From Mobula birostris (taxonomy: Eukaryota), in assembly GCF_030028105.1 (NCBI RefSeq), contig NC_092379.1, forward strand, positions 24,173,821 to 24,237,820: DNA of 64,000 bases. The letters run 5' to 3'. Under the pieces are notes generated by a model. That model was not told the origin of the DNA. It did no database searches and was given only the letters and a program-made list of their open reading frames with translations. Below are positions 48,955 through 62,509 of this stretch, piece after piece. The first letter of the stretch is position 1. Each line of letters opens with the position of its first letter. The position numbers and the translations under genes are program-made.

Positions 48955-51900
48955 CTTATAAAATTCTTTAATTATTTTGGGTTGGCTAAGGAAGTAAAAT
49001 CGGAACAAGGCAGTAATTTTACGTCGGGATTGCTTCAGCAGATAGTTTATAAACTGGGAGCAAAACAGATTATTTCATCAGTCTGTCATCCAGAATCATC
49101 ACAAGGAACCTTAGAAAGATTCCATTCTGCATAAAAAAAAAAAAAAAAACAAACAATGATTAGGACATATTGTGTGGAGAATGAAAAGGACTGGGATGAA
49201 GGTGTGCATTTACCACTTTTTGCATTTTTGCACTGAGGGAGGCAATGCAGGAATCATTGTGTTTTAGTCCCTTTGAACTTCTGTTTGGGTATAGAATTTG
49301 CGGACCTTTGGCCTTGTTGAAGGAACAGTGGATTAATAAGGAGGTACACACTAATTTGCTAGTTTATGTTTTAAAATTTAAAGAACGATTATATAAAGCT
49401 TGTCGCTTGGCAAAGGAAAATTTAAAATTGGCTCAAGAGAAGATGAAGAATTGGTATGATACGGAAGCTAGAATGAGGTTATTTAAGCCAGGATATAAGG
49501 TGTTGGTTCTTTTCCCACTGCAAACGAACCCATTACAAGGTAAATTTCATGGTCTTTATGAGATTAAATCTGAAGTAAATGATGTGGATTATGTGATAAA
49601 AATCTCAGATCCAAAGAAGCCAATACAGCTGTGTCATATGAATATGATAAAATCGTATTATCAGAGCGAAGCTGCTACGATGACTGTTGTGATGAGTAAT
49701 GAGTCTGATCTTCATAAAAACTTAATGGATGATTCATCTGAACCTCATTTTAAACCCAACATTATTTCAGCCAGTTTACCAAATTCAAAAACTCTAGAAA
49801 TTTTGATGAAAAATTAGCTCATTTACAGCCAGCGCAGAGACAGCAGATTAAACAGTGAATTTTTAAATACATAGAATTATTTCCAGACGTTACTAGGAGA
49901 ACCACTGTAGCTACGCATGATGTAGATTTGGGAGATACAAAGCCTATTAAACAGCATCCGTATCGAATGAAAAGGGAAAAATGTGAACTTGCTGAACATG
50001 AAATTAAGTATATGTTAGAAGATGATATTATTAGACATTCTAATTCGAATCGTAGTTTTCGAATCGTAGTTCACCGTGTGTTATGGTGCCAAAGCCAGAC
50101 AATAGAATTAGGTTTTATACAGATTACAGGAAGGTGAATGCTGTGACAAAAACTGACGCATATCCAATCCCTAGGATAGATGATTGTGTGGATAAAGTTG
50201 AATAAGCCAAATTCCGAACAAAGATTGATTTGTTAAAAGGTTATTGGTGTGTTGCATTGACTGATAGAGGTAGAGAAATGTCAGCATTTGTAACCCCATC
50301 TGAGTTATATGAATATAATGTTCTTCCATTTGGGATGAAGAATGCACAAGGTACTTTTCAGAGGTTGATTAATAGTGTGATTCATGGATTAAAAGATACA
50401 GATGCATATATTGATGATTTAGTTACAGGGATTAATACGTGGAAAGCACATATTACTGCGGTGGAGAAACTGCTTGAGAGACGTTCAAAAGCTAACATAA
50501 CTATTAACTTAGCTGAAAGTGAATTTGGTCATGACACAGTGACTTACCTTGGTTATGCTGTGGGTCCAGGACAATTAGCTCCTGTTCAAGCAAAAGTTCA
50601 GGCAATTTTAGAAGTACCCACTCCAACTGGTAGAAAATTCTTAGACGATTCTTGGGTATGGTAGGATATTACAGAAAATTTTGTAAGAATGTTGCGAATA
50701 TTGCTCTTCCATTAACTAATCTCATGAAGAAACATGAAAAGTTTTGTTAGACAGAGTCTTGCCAGGAAGCATTTGCTAAATTGAAATCTATAATATGTAG
50801 TCAGCCTGTACTCAAATCTCCTGACTTTGAAAAAAAAAACATTTTCGATAGCTGCAGATGCTAGTGATGAAGCTGCAGGAGCAGAGTTGCTTCAAAGAGA
50901 TGATGGTGATGAAGTTGATCGTCCGGTATTTTATTTTTCAAAGAAATTACTCAACAATAGAAAATGAATTATTATCTCTTGTTTTGTCTTTACAACATTT
51001 TGAAGTGAATGCTAGTACTACTCATAAACCATTCACAGTTTATACCGATCATATTCCGTTAGTGTTTTTGAATAAGTTGAAAAATAAAAAAAAAAAATAG
51101 AAGATTCTAAATTGGTATTTAATGTTACATGAGTACAATATTTTGATCACTTATATTAAGGGTAAAGATAATGTGATCGCTGATAGTCTATCTAGATGTT
51201 AAAAATATAATATTTTTTTATGGAGTGGTATTTTTACATTTGCAACACTCTTACCGTATATAGGTTTGTAAAGTGCTGAAAGATTAGACTGCATATATTT
51301 TGTATGTTGTAAGTTTTATACCTTTGTGTAAATTGCGAATTGTTAAAAATTTGTTCCTTAAGAGACCTTTTTTTTGTTTGGAGGGAGGTGTAACATACCT
51401 CAAAGAGATCTTGTGACATTTTTTGTGAGAATATGTAATGGTCTTTTGGAGTCCACTGATGTAATTTTCCCACAGGATGTGAGGTGACGTGATAACGTGT
51501 TCACCACGGGTATAAAGGGAAGACCTCTGGTGACGTAGTTAGTTTTCCAGATAGAACGTTAATCAAAGTCTTCGTTTCCGTTGCGTATTTGTTTTATGAC
51601 GCAGTTTTATTTTTAAAACGGAGTGTTACGTTCTATTGTAGGGTATAATAGCGCTGGATGGCAGTTTACCCTTCCTCATAGATTTGTTGATGTACGTTTT
51701 CAGTAGTATTGGAGAGTGAAGACTTCATCGAAGTACAGGATATGAAGGATTAAGTGAAGTCGGGAATGTTCGGCAGTTTAATAAAGGATCGACGTAATTG
51801 AGTCTTCGTTGGCGAAGTAGCGACCTGGATCGAGAATAACTCCGGTCGAATGAGCATGGTAGTTCATACAAGGTTTGCTCTCTAGAAGAAATTACGGTCA

Positions 51901-52230
51901 GTTTGTTTAAGCCGTTTATTTCCTTCATCGTGAATCCTTTAGACAGAACAGGGAAGTCGCGTCTATGAAGAATTCCTTCTCCAGAGAAGACTCTCCCAAT
52001 TGAATGTATAAATCGGTTGGACTTTCGAATTTACCATTTTAAGAACTGTATTTGACTTTACTGCATGAAGAACTAGTACCGAGTGACGATTTTTTTGAAC
52101 AGCCGCATAGCGTTTAAGTTCCAGTTAAGATTTCCGTTTGTTTTTTATTGTTTATCGGTGTTTAATAAATAGTTGGTCGTTTTTATATAACCTGTCTCGA
52201 TTGATATTCATTGTTGCCGGTTACGTAACA

Positions 52231-53400
52231 CACCCCATAATCTTTCTTAACTACCCTATCTACCTGTGAGGCAACTTTCAGGGATCTATGGACACGTAAA
52301 TCCAGATCCCTCGGCTCCTCCATTCTACCAAGCATCCTGCCATTTACCTTGTACCCTTCAAAGAGTGTGTCCTTCCCCAAAGTGTACCACCTCACACTTC
52401 TCCGGGTTGAACTCCATCCGCCTCTTGTCAGCCCACTTCTGCATTCTATCAATGTGTCTCGGCAATCTTCGACAATCCTCTACACTATCCACAACACCAC
52501 CAACCTTTGTGTCGTCTGCAAACTTGCCAACCCACCTTTCTACCCCCACATCCAGGTAATTAATAAAAACCACGAAATCACAAAGGTCCCAGACCCGATC
52601 CTTGTGGGACACCACTCGTTTCAACCCTCCAATCCGAATGTACTCCCTCCACTACGAACCTCTGCTTTCTGCAGGCGAGCCAATTCTGAATCCTCCCGGC
52701 CAAACTTCCCTGCATCCCATGCCTTCTGACTTTCTGAATAAGCCTACCGTGTGGAATCTTGTCAAATGCCTTACTAAAATCCATGTAGATTACATCCACT
52801 GCACTACCCTAATCTATATGCCTGGTCACCGCCTCAAAGAACTATATCAGGCTTGTTAGATACGATCTACCCTTTAAAAAGCCACGCCGACTATGCCTGA
52901 TTAGACCATGATTCTCTAAATGCCCATGGATCCTATCTCTAACAATCTTTTCCAACAACTTTCCCACTACAGACGAAAAACTCATTTGTCTATAATTACC
53001 TGGACTATCCCTACTACCTTTTTCGAACAAGGGGACAACATTCGCCTTCCTCCAATCCTCCGGTACCATTCCTGTGGACAACGAGGGCATGAGGATTCTG
53101 GCCAGAGACCCAGCAATATCTTTTCTCGCCTCGTGGAGCAGCCTGGGGAAAATTCTAATAAGGCCCTGGGGACTCATCTGTCCTAATGTATTTTAACAAC
53201 TCCAACACCTCCTCCCCTTAATTTTCAACATGCTGCAGAACCTCAACCTCACTCATATTGTCTTCGCCTTCATCAACTCCCCTCTCATTGCTGAATACCG
53301 AAGATAAATATTCAGTGAGGACCTCGCTCACTTCCAAAACCTCCAGGCACATCTTCCCACCTTTGACTCTAATCGGTTCTACCTTCACTCCTGTCAACAT
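52231..53400 (-). mobile_element. CR1 RT fragment
   Basis: DVIYMDFSKAFDKIPHGRL..GVPQGSGLGP..KFADDTKVGG. Confidence 0.9.
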
Positions 53401-53417
53401 TTTGTTCTTCACAACGT

Positions 53418-53525
53418 ATGAAGTTACTGCTCGAAATGTTGAGGGTTTTTTCGTCTCCACAGATGCTACCTGATCTGTTGAGATAACCTGAATTTTATTC
53501 AGGATTTCCAGTGTCTGCAGACTTG
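53418..53525 (+). repeat. Degraded Penelope 3'-tail remnant (another at ~58865-58975, minus strand)
   Basis: ctcgaaatgttga..ccacagatgctacctga..tttccagtgtctgcag resembles the tail at 47682-47780. The ribozyme core is decayed. Confidence 0.55.
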
Positions 53526-53604
53526 CAACATCCACACAAACAGAATTTCTTGTGCTAGTTTTAACCTAGGTTTATACGTGTGAGGCTGGAGGTGCTGTAG
53601 AAGT

Positions 53605-56600
53605 CCATAAGACCATAAGACCATAACACAAAGGAGCAGAAGTCAGCCATTCGGCCCATTGAGTCTCTTCCGCCATTATATCATGAGCTGACCCATTCTC
53701 CTATTTAGTCCCACTCCCCGCCTTTTCACCATAACCGTTGATGCCCTGGCTACTCAGATACCTACCAATCTCTGCCTTAAATACACCCAGTGACTTGGCC
53801 TACACTGCTGCCCGTGGCAACAAATTCCATAGATTCACAACCGTCTGACTAAAAAAAAAAAAAAAAAATTCTCATTTCTGTTTTGAATGGGCGCCTTTCA
53901 ATCCTTAAGTCATGTCCTCTCGTACTAGACTCCCCCATCATGGGAAACAACTTTGCCAAATCCACTCTGTCCATGCCGTTCAACATTCGAAATATTTCTA
54001 TGAGGTCTCCCCTCATTCTTCTAAACTCCAAGGAATACAGTCCAAGAGCGGACAAACGTTCCTCATCTGCTAACCCTCTCATTCCAGGAATCATTCTAGT
54101 GAATCTTCTCTGTACCCTCTCCAATGTCAGCACATCCTTTCTTAAATAAAGAGACCAAAACTGCCCACAGTACTCCAAGTTAGGTCTCACCAGCGCCTTA
54201 TAGAGCCTCAACATCACATCCCTGCTCCTATACTCTATTCTTCTAGAAATGAATGCCAACATTGCTTTCTACTTCTTCAGTACCGACACAACCTGGCGGT
54301 TAATCTTAAGGGTATCGTGTACGAGGACTCACAAGTCCTGTTGCATCTCAGATCTTTGAATTCTTTTTCCATTTAAATAATAGTTTTCCCTTCATTTCTT
54401 CTACCAAAGTGCATAACCATACACTTTCCAACACTGTATTTCATTTGCCACTTCTTTGCCCACTCTTCAAATCTATCCAAGGCACTCTGCTGACTCTCTG
54501 CTTCCTCAGCACTACCGGCCCTACCCCTATCTTGGTATCGTTAGCAAACCTCGCCACAAAGCCATCTATTCCATTATCCAAATCGTTGATGTACAATTTA
54601 AAAAAGAAGCGGCCCAACACGGACCACTGCGGAACACCACTGGTAACCGGCAGCCAACGAGAATGGGGTCCCTTTATTACCACACTTTGTTTTTTGCCAA
54701 TCAGCCAACACCCTATCCACGTATGTAACTTCCCGGTAATCCATGGACTCTTATCTTGTTAGGTAGCCTCATATGTGGCGCCTTGTCAAAGGCCTTCTGA
54801 AAATCCAAATATATAACATCCATTACATATCCCTTGTCTAGCCTACAGGGGATTTCCTCAAAAAAATTGTGATAGGTTTGTCTGGCAGGATTTTCCTTTA
54901 AGGAATCCATGCTGAGTTCTGCCTATCTTGTCATATACCTCCAGATACTCTGTAACCTCATCCTTGACAATCGACTACAACAACTTCCCAACCACCGTTG
55001 TCAAGCTAACAGGTCTATAATTTCCTTTTTGCTTCCTTGTCCCCTTCTTAAAAAGCGGAGTGACATTTGCAAGCTTCCAGTCCTCCGGAGCCATGCCAGT
55101 GTTTATCCACTTTTGAAAGATCATCGCTGATGCCTCCGCAATCTCCACAGCTACTTCCTTCAGAATGCCGGGTGCATTCCATCTGGTCCGGGAGTTTTAT
55201 CTACCTTTAGACTTTTCAGCTTCCTGAGTACTTTCTCTGTCGTTTAATTGTGACTGTGCACACTTCTCTTTCCTGGCACTCTTGAGTGTCCGATATACTG
55301 CTGATATCTTCCTCAGTGAAGACTGATGCAAAATACTCGTTCAGTTCCTCCACCATCCCCTTATCTCCCATTACAATTTCTCCAGGATCATTTTCTATCA
55401 GTCGTATATCTACTCTCACCTGTCTTTTACTCTTTATATACTTGAAAAAGCGTTCAGTATCCTATTTAATATTATTTGCAGATCCCTTTCATAGTTAATC
55501 TTTTCTCTCTTAATCAATTTCTTAGTTTCCTTTTGTAAGGTTTTAAAAACTTCCCAATCCTCTATATTCTCACTAATTTTTGTTTCCTTTCGTGCCCTCT
55601 CCTTTGCTTGAACTTTGGCTAACACTTCTCTTGTCAACCACGGTTGCATCCTTTTTCCATTCGAAAAATATCTTCCTTTTTGGAATATACCTGTCTTGCA
55701 CTTTCTTCACTTCTCGTATAAACTCCAGCCACTGTTGCTTGCCGTCATTCCTGCCAGTGTCCCTTTCCAGTCAACTTTGGTCAGTTCCTTTCTCATGTCA
55801 CTGTAATTTCCTTTACTCCACTGAAATACCGACACATCAGATTTCGGGATCACCTTTTTCAAATTTCATGGTGAACTCAATCATGTTACGATCACTGCCT
55901 CCTAAGGGTTCCTTCGCGTCAATCTCTCTAATCACCTCCGGTTCTTTACACAATACCCAATCCAGTAGAGCCGATCCCCCAGTGGGCTCAACAACAAGCT
56001 GTTCTAAAAAAATGCCATCTCACAGACATTCTACAAATTCTCTCTCTTGAGCTCCAGTGCCGACCTGATTTTCCCAATCCCCTTGCATGTTAAAATCTCC
56101 CACAATTATCGTAACACTGCCCTTCTGACAAACCTTTTCTATTTCATGTTGTAATTTGTAGTCCACATCACTGCAGCTGTTTGGAGGCCTGTATATAACT
56201 GCCATCAGGGTCATTTTGTCCCTACGATTTCTTAGCTCAACCCATAAAGATTCTGCACCTTCCTATCCTATATCACCCCTTTCTAATGATTTAATATCAT
56301 TTCTTACCAATAAAGCCACGCCTCCCGCTCTGCCTACCTGTCTCTGCTTCCGATACACCGTGTATCCTTGGACGTTCACCTTCCAGAAACATGCGCCCTG
56401 TAGCCACGTCTCAGTGACGGTCACAATATCATACCGGCCAATCTGTAGCTGGTCGACAACATCATCCACCTTATTCCTCATGCTGCGTTGCATTTAAGTA
56501 TAACACCTTAAGACCAGTTTTTGGTACTTTTGGCTTTCATTTCCCTGCAACATCATTGCACTGCAACTCATCCCAATGGCTACAAATTTGCCCCATCACC

Positions 56601-56750
56601 TGCCTGTCTTTCCTGACATCTTTACTGCTCACTATCTTAGATTTATTTCTGTTTTCCTCTTCCTCCGCTCTGTCATTCCGGTTCCCATCCCCCTGCCAAA
56701 TTAATTTAAACCCTCCCTAACAACTCTACTAAACTTTCCCGCCAAGTCAG
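53605..56750 (-). mobile_element. CR1 LINE (APE-RT), internally deleted
   Basis: VTVTETWL..AVIYRPPNS..VGDFN; DVIYLDFQKAFDK; LYKALVRPNLEY. The (agaccata)n tail is at ~53605-53625. Confidence 0.92.
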
Positions 56751-56899
56751 TGACAACAAGCTGAATAAGCACGTCAGGCAGAATAATGAGAGGGAGAGAG
56801 TAAGGTCTATTGGAATATATTGTATTTTGTTCGATACCTGTGGTGTGTTGAGTAAGAGTGGTGAACCTGTGTCTTGTATACTTACATGCCAATGGGATA

Positions 56900-58300
56900 T
56901 TATAGCCAATCCGGAAATATGGGGAATGGATGGATATGACTGCCATCTAAGCGTTTCAGGATACGTAGGTTTTACACAGGAGGAGAAAAGAAAGGGCCGG
57001 AAATGGAATTTTGATTAACGAGGATGTCCCAATAATAGGTAGCAATTAAATTCCTGATCGATTATCCATTGAGCATTTCTGAGTAGATCTAAGAAATAAC
57101 AAAGGATCGATCGTATTATGGATTTGTACTCGAGGCTGCCAAATGGACAATGGGAATTAGCTGAACCAATTTCCGGGGTTAGCAAGGATTTGCAAGAATA
57201 ATACGTTATAGCAGTCGAGGTTTTAAACCTCCATGTCACAGCTTAGGTCTGCCAAACTTTTATTTTTTTTTTAATGGGATATCATTCGTTAAATACGTCG
57301 AGGAATTGTTGACATGGGAAAGATACAGAGTACCTTACTAGGAAGAGGGCAAACCTTGACTTGTTCATAGGTAGTAGTGATGGTGATAATGGTGACCGAT
57401 ATGTCAGTGTGGAAACACTTTGGGACCATTGACCATATGTCTATTAGTTTTCACATAACGATGACAAGTCATAAAACCGATCCACCCTTTCAAGTTTTAA
57501 ATTGGAGTAAGGCGAATTTTGACGCTATGAGAATGGTGCTTGCAAAGATTAATTGCAGTAATGATTAGAATAGTTTGGTTGCGTATAAAAGGACCACAGG
57601 CAATTCGAAAGCCTTCAGAGTGAGATACTGCCAGATTAAGGTATTCATGTTTCTGTAGTAGTGAAGGTTAAGAATGATAGGGGGAGGATATCCTGCATGA
57701 TCAGGGATATTGATGCCCTTGGATGGAAACGAGGAAGCATCGTTAGGTAGACGCAGCTGGGTTCGAGTGATTATATGGAACAATATAGGGGTATGGGGAA
57801 TGTAATGAAGTAACACCATTAGTGCAAAAATAAGACAGGAGATAGCCTTGGCAAAGGCAATTGAGGAACTCTCAAAACAAATTTAGGACAAATTAAAGCT
57901 ATATAAGGACTAAAAAAGAGGGAGATTTGGGCTCCTCGAAGACGAATGGAGGTATATTTACATGGAGCTGTAGCAAATGTAAAAAGCTCTTAAGAAGTAT
58001 TTATTTTCGAATATTATAGCATAGAAAGTCTTGGCCTCCGAGCAAGGAAACGTATGGTGGGAGTCCATGGCGGAAGTCGGTATTAAAACAGAAGAGGTTC
58101 TTTCGGTCTTAAATGCAACTCAAGTAAATAGAACGCCCGGGCTTGACAAGGTACGTATATCTAAGCGTACCGCCGGAGTCTGGGGAAGAAATTGATGTAA
58201 CCTAGGGGATATAGTTGCATCATCGTTTATCAGCGGGTAGAGTGGCGGATAGCAAATGCCGTGCTTTATCTATTATTGTTTTCGAAGAATTATCATGGAA
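56900..58300 (+). mobile_element. Highly degraded CR1 APE/linker fragment
   Basis: EHFGT.DH.SISF..VLNWSKANFD motif remnants. Confidence 0.6.
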
Positions 58301-59168
58301 CTACAAAAAAAAAAAGTGAGTCTAACGTAGGTTTTAAGAAAGTTTATTTGAAGATTAGCAGGAATCCTGATGCAACTTGATGACATAATAAAATACTATT
58401 CAACAATAAATGAGTCATTCCCAATAAAGAAAACTCACTTACTCTGCACAGATGCCAGCTGAGCGCTGGCACCAAATATTAGCTTCCTGCTACACAGCAA
58501 AAATGAATTAGGTAAAAAGTTGCTAATTTACGAGAGATCCCGAATACAATAATGTCATTAACGGTCTTTTAGTGATGTTTTGTTATTGACATTTGTCAGT
58601 GAAATTAAAAACGTTGCACTAACTGATAAGGTAAATGTCAGTTGCAATGCTGTAACTTTGCACCATAAGTAGGGTTGTCTTCGGTTGGGAGCAGAAAATA
58701 TCTTCAAACATGAACATAGGGAATTGAAGCTTACATACGTTTCTGGCGGCATAGTACACTGCCAATCCTGATCTTAACAGTCGTGTCAAAGTAAATCGTA
58801 CAACCACCATCCTTCCAGGAACACCCCAGTGAACCAAAGGAACATTTATAAAAAGTTAAAATCTTCAGTTGCTGGAAGAAACACACAAAACGCTGTCATA
58901 ACTTAGCGGGACAAGCAGCATCGATGGAGAAGTGTGCTGTCGACGTTACGGGGCGAATCTCTTCAGCAGAAGCGTTGACAACACTCTTTTCCATCGATGC
59001 TACTTCGCTTACTGAGTTCCGAAAGCATTCTCTGTGTGTTGGAAAGCAGCATTTATGGTTAATGATCGGGCACAGAGTCTGCAATAGTTGCTGTATGCAA
59101 AGGAACTTCAAGGAAAACAATAATGCATCTGTATAGTTTGCTTCTTAAGATAAAACTGCAAATTTACG

Positions 59169-60416
59169 TGTCATGGTTCACGGTCTGGTCCATCGATCTG
59201 TATTCCAGGATTTCTGGTTTACCCTTGCCCTGTTGTGTGCTTAATTGAGGTACATGATTCTGATTTTGGGCTGACTACATAAATAGCTCCTGAGTTCAGC
59301 TTCATTTGCTTGACTGTTCCTCCTCTTCCGCTTCCCTCTGAAGCCTTGCCTGCAACCTTCGCCTGATGCCCTGCTTGCAACCTTCGCATAAAGCCCTACA
59401 TGCAACCTTCGCCTGAAGCCCTGCCAGCAACCTTTGCCTGAACCCTCGACTGCAACCTTTCGCCTGAAGCCTCACCTGCAACATTTCGCCTGAAACCTCG
59501 CCTGCTACCTTTCGCCTCAAGCCTCGCCTGCTGCCTTTTGCCTGAAGGCTTGCCTGCGTCCTCGCCTGTTCTTTCCGACATGTTCTACCGCCGGAGCAAG
59601 ACTGGAGCATTTCTGTGTCCAGATAAGGAACTCTCTTTCCTGGTTTAGAATTGTCTCTGTGCGTAAGCCTTCGCTAGGTAGGTCCGGCCGTTTGCCGGTA
59701 CCCAGTGTTGAGAACCGTCTCTGTGTCCACGACTTAGCTTGGTAGATCCGGCCGTTTGCCGCTATCTTGTGTTGGGAACCGTCTTGACGCGTTCAGCATC
59801 TTGTTTATGAGTCCCGCCCTACGTCCTGTTCCCAAGGAGAGGTCCCGGCTCTGTGTTCTGCTCTCCTGTCTCCCAAGACAAAGGCTCTGTGTTCCATGTT
59901 CCCGTTCTCCCTCGACCAAACCTCTGCGTTCCTGTTCTCCCTTGAGCATGGCTCTGCGTACATGTCTCCCTCGACCAAGTCAAGGCTTCGTCTTCTCGTC
60001 CTGTCCATGTGCCTCGCCCCGCCAGGAGCTGCTCGCCCAGCCGCGAGCTGGGGTTCCCTCGTCCTGTCCAGGAGTTTCTCGTCCAGTTCCGTTGCCTCTC
60101 CTCGTCCTGTAGCCACAAGTTGTCCTCGCCTAGATCCGGGGTCTGAGCCCAACTCAAGACCCAGGTTCCGGGTCTCTGTCCAGTCTCTGGCTCGGTGTTC
60201 TAGTCCAAGTTCCATGTCCTAGTTGCTGGTCCATCCCACCATCCTAGTCCAGTCCTAGCTCTGGCCTTGTATCCTAGCCTCGTCTAGGGCCTGTGTCTTG
60301 TCCAGCGTCGTTTCGTACCCACTTCCCTTGCTTGCTTGATACACCCAGTCCTGTTCCTAGTACTTCAGTATCTGTGTCTTGCATTTGGGTGCGCCACCAA
60401 CGCCCTCCTAGTGACA
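59169..60416 (+). mobile_element. Solo LTR of the same sushi-like family, with a different internal tandem array
   Basis: TGTCATGGTTCACGGTCTGGTCC...gggt..GTGACA with a (gcaaccttcgcctgaagccc)n array. No TSD recognised. Confidence 0.78.
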
Positions 60417-60419
60417 TCA

Positions 60420-61960
60420 GGAGCCAGTTATGGAGTAATATAATGCAGCGTAAATAATACGCTTCATTGAATCAGAGAAATGTGACACTGCAAAGTCAGC
60501 CTGGATTTGTGAAAGGAAAATCATGTCTGATGAAAGTCATAGAATTTCTTGATGATGTAACTAGTAGAGTGGATAGGGGAGAACCAGTGGATGTGGTATA
60601 TTTGGATTTTCAAAAGGCTTTTGACAAGGTCCCACACATGAGATTAGTGTGCAATCTTAAAGCACACGTTATTGAGGGTAAGGTATTTATGTGGGTAGAG
60701 AATTGTTCGGCAGACAGGAAGCAAAGAGTGGGATTAAACGGGACCTTTTCAGAATGGCAGGCAGTGACTAGTGGGGTACCGCAAGGCTCAGTGCTGGGAC
60801 CCCAGTTGTTTACAATATATATTAATGACCTACATAAGGGATTTAAATGCAGCATCTCCATGTTTGCGGATGACACGAAGCTGGGCAGCAGTGTTAGCTG
60901 TGAGGAGGATGCTAAGAAAATGCAGGGTGACTTGGATAGGTTAGGTGGGTGGGCAAATTCACGGCAGATGCAATTTAATGTGGATAAATGTGAGGTTTCC
61001 ACTTTAGTGGCAAAAACAGGAAAACAGATTATATAAATGAATGGTGTCCGATTAGGAAAAGGGGAGGTGCAACGAGACCTGGGTGTCCCTATACACCAGA
61101 CATTCAAAGTGGGCAACACGCATCAAAGTTGCTGGTGAACGCAGCAGGCCAGGCAGCATCTCTTCCTAGAGATGCTGCCTGGCCTGCTGCGTTCACCAGC
61201 AACTTTGATGTGTGTTGCTTAAATTTACAGCATCTGCAGTATTCCTGTTGTTTACATATTGAAAGCGGGCATGCAGGTACAGCAGGCGGTGAAAAAGGCG
61301 AATGGTATGCTGGCAGTAATAGCAAGAGAATTCGAGTACAGGAACAGGGAGGTACTACTGCAGTTGTACAAGGCCTTGGTAAGACCACACCTGGAGTATT
61401 GTGTGCAGTTTTGGTCCCCTAATATGAGGAAAAACATCTTTGCCATAGAGGGAGTACAAAGAAGGTTCACCAGGTTGATTCCTGGAACGGCAGGACTTTC
61501 ATATGATGAAAGACTGGATCAACTAGGCTTATACTCGTTGGACTTTAGAAGATTGAGGGGGGATTTTATTGAAACGTATAAAATCCTAAAGGGATTGGAC
61601 AGGCTAGATGCAGGAAGATTGTTCCCGATGTTGGGAAAGTCCAGAACGAGGGGTCACAGTTTGAGGATAAAGGGGAAGCCTTTTATGACCCAGATTAGGA
61701 AAAATGAAACTTCATCACACAAAGCGTGGTGAATCTGTGGAATTTTCTGCCACAAGAAACAGTTGAGGCCAGTTCATTGGCTATATTTAAGAAGGGGATA
61801 GATATGACCCTTGTGGCTAAAGGGATCGGGGGTATGAAGGGAAGGCTGGTAGAGGGTTCTGAGTTGAATAATCAGCCATGATCGACTGAATGGCGATGCA
61901 GGCTCGAAGGGCCGAATGGCCTACTCCTGCACCTATTTTCTATGCTTCTATGCTTCTATG
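60420..61960 (+). mobile_element. 5'-truncated CR1 LINE
   Basis: QPGFVKGKSC..YLDFQKAFDKVPH..PQGSVLGP..FADDTK; LYKALVRPHLEY. Tail (tctatgct)n at ~61940-61960. Confidence 0.93.
61113..61254. mobile_element. Palindromic mini-element made of inverted Penelope tail sequence, inserted in CR1
   Basis: 51-bp arms (61113-61163 and 61168-61218) with 1 mismatch and a 4-nt loop. The left arm matches the tail at ~47682-47730 except for one base. Confidence 0.9.
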
Positions 61961-62444
61961 CTGCTACCGCCCATTTGTCCTTATTACTTTACATTTAGCT
62001 ATCCAGGGTTCTTTATGGTAAAAACAGGCTCTTCGGCCCTTCTCCTTAATACTGTTAAGTATGTACTTTAAGCCAATCTAATTTGTCGGTCTTTGTCCCA
62101 TATGCCTCGAAACAATTTCTGTTCAGATACTTGTCAAATATCTACCCGTGTCGCCTCTTTTAGGGAACTATGCACTTGTATCCCAAGTTACTGTTGTCCA
62201 ATAACTCCTGAGGGCACTGATATTGAGTTCGTAAATCCCTTTGTGTCTCAAAATGAGTATTTTCACAATTTTTCGCATTAAATACCAACTGCCATTAAAG
62301 AAGTTTCTTCGCTCCTGAATACCGCACGAATTAGGGCATCACCTGTAACCGTACTTATCATTCCACCAAAATTCCTTTCAAACTCGTTTATTGGAGAACC
62401 AAATAGTGAACTGCGCAGAACATAATTGATTTAATGGACTCCAA

Positions 62445-62447
62445 TGT

Positions 62448-62498
<51 letters not shown>

Positions 62499-62509
62499 TG
62501 TGTGTGTGT
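62445..62509. repeat. (TG)n microsatellite
   Basis: Interrupted TG dinucleotide run. Confidence 0.97.

Larger units (their letters stand above)
47535..52230 (+). mobile_element. Gmr1-type Ty3/Gypsy element (INT-RT-RH order), 5'-truncated, with 3' LTR 51389-52230
   Basis: Integrase (TIMCTASRF..SEQGSNFTS..HPES.QGTLERFH; FSPFELLFG) precedes RT (KPIKQHPYR; LPFGMKNAQGTFQR..AYIDD) and RNase H. PPT ttggagggagg is followed by a TGTAACA...GTAACA LTR. Confidence 0.9.
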
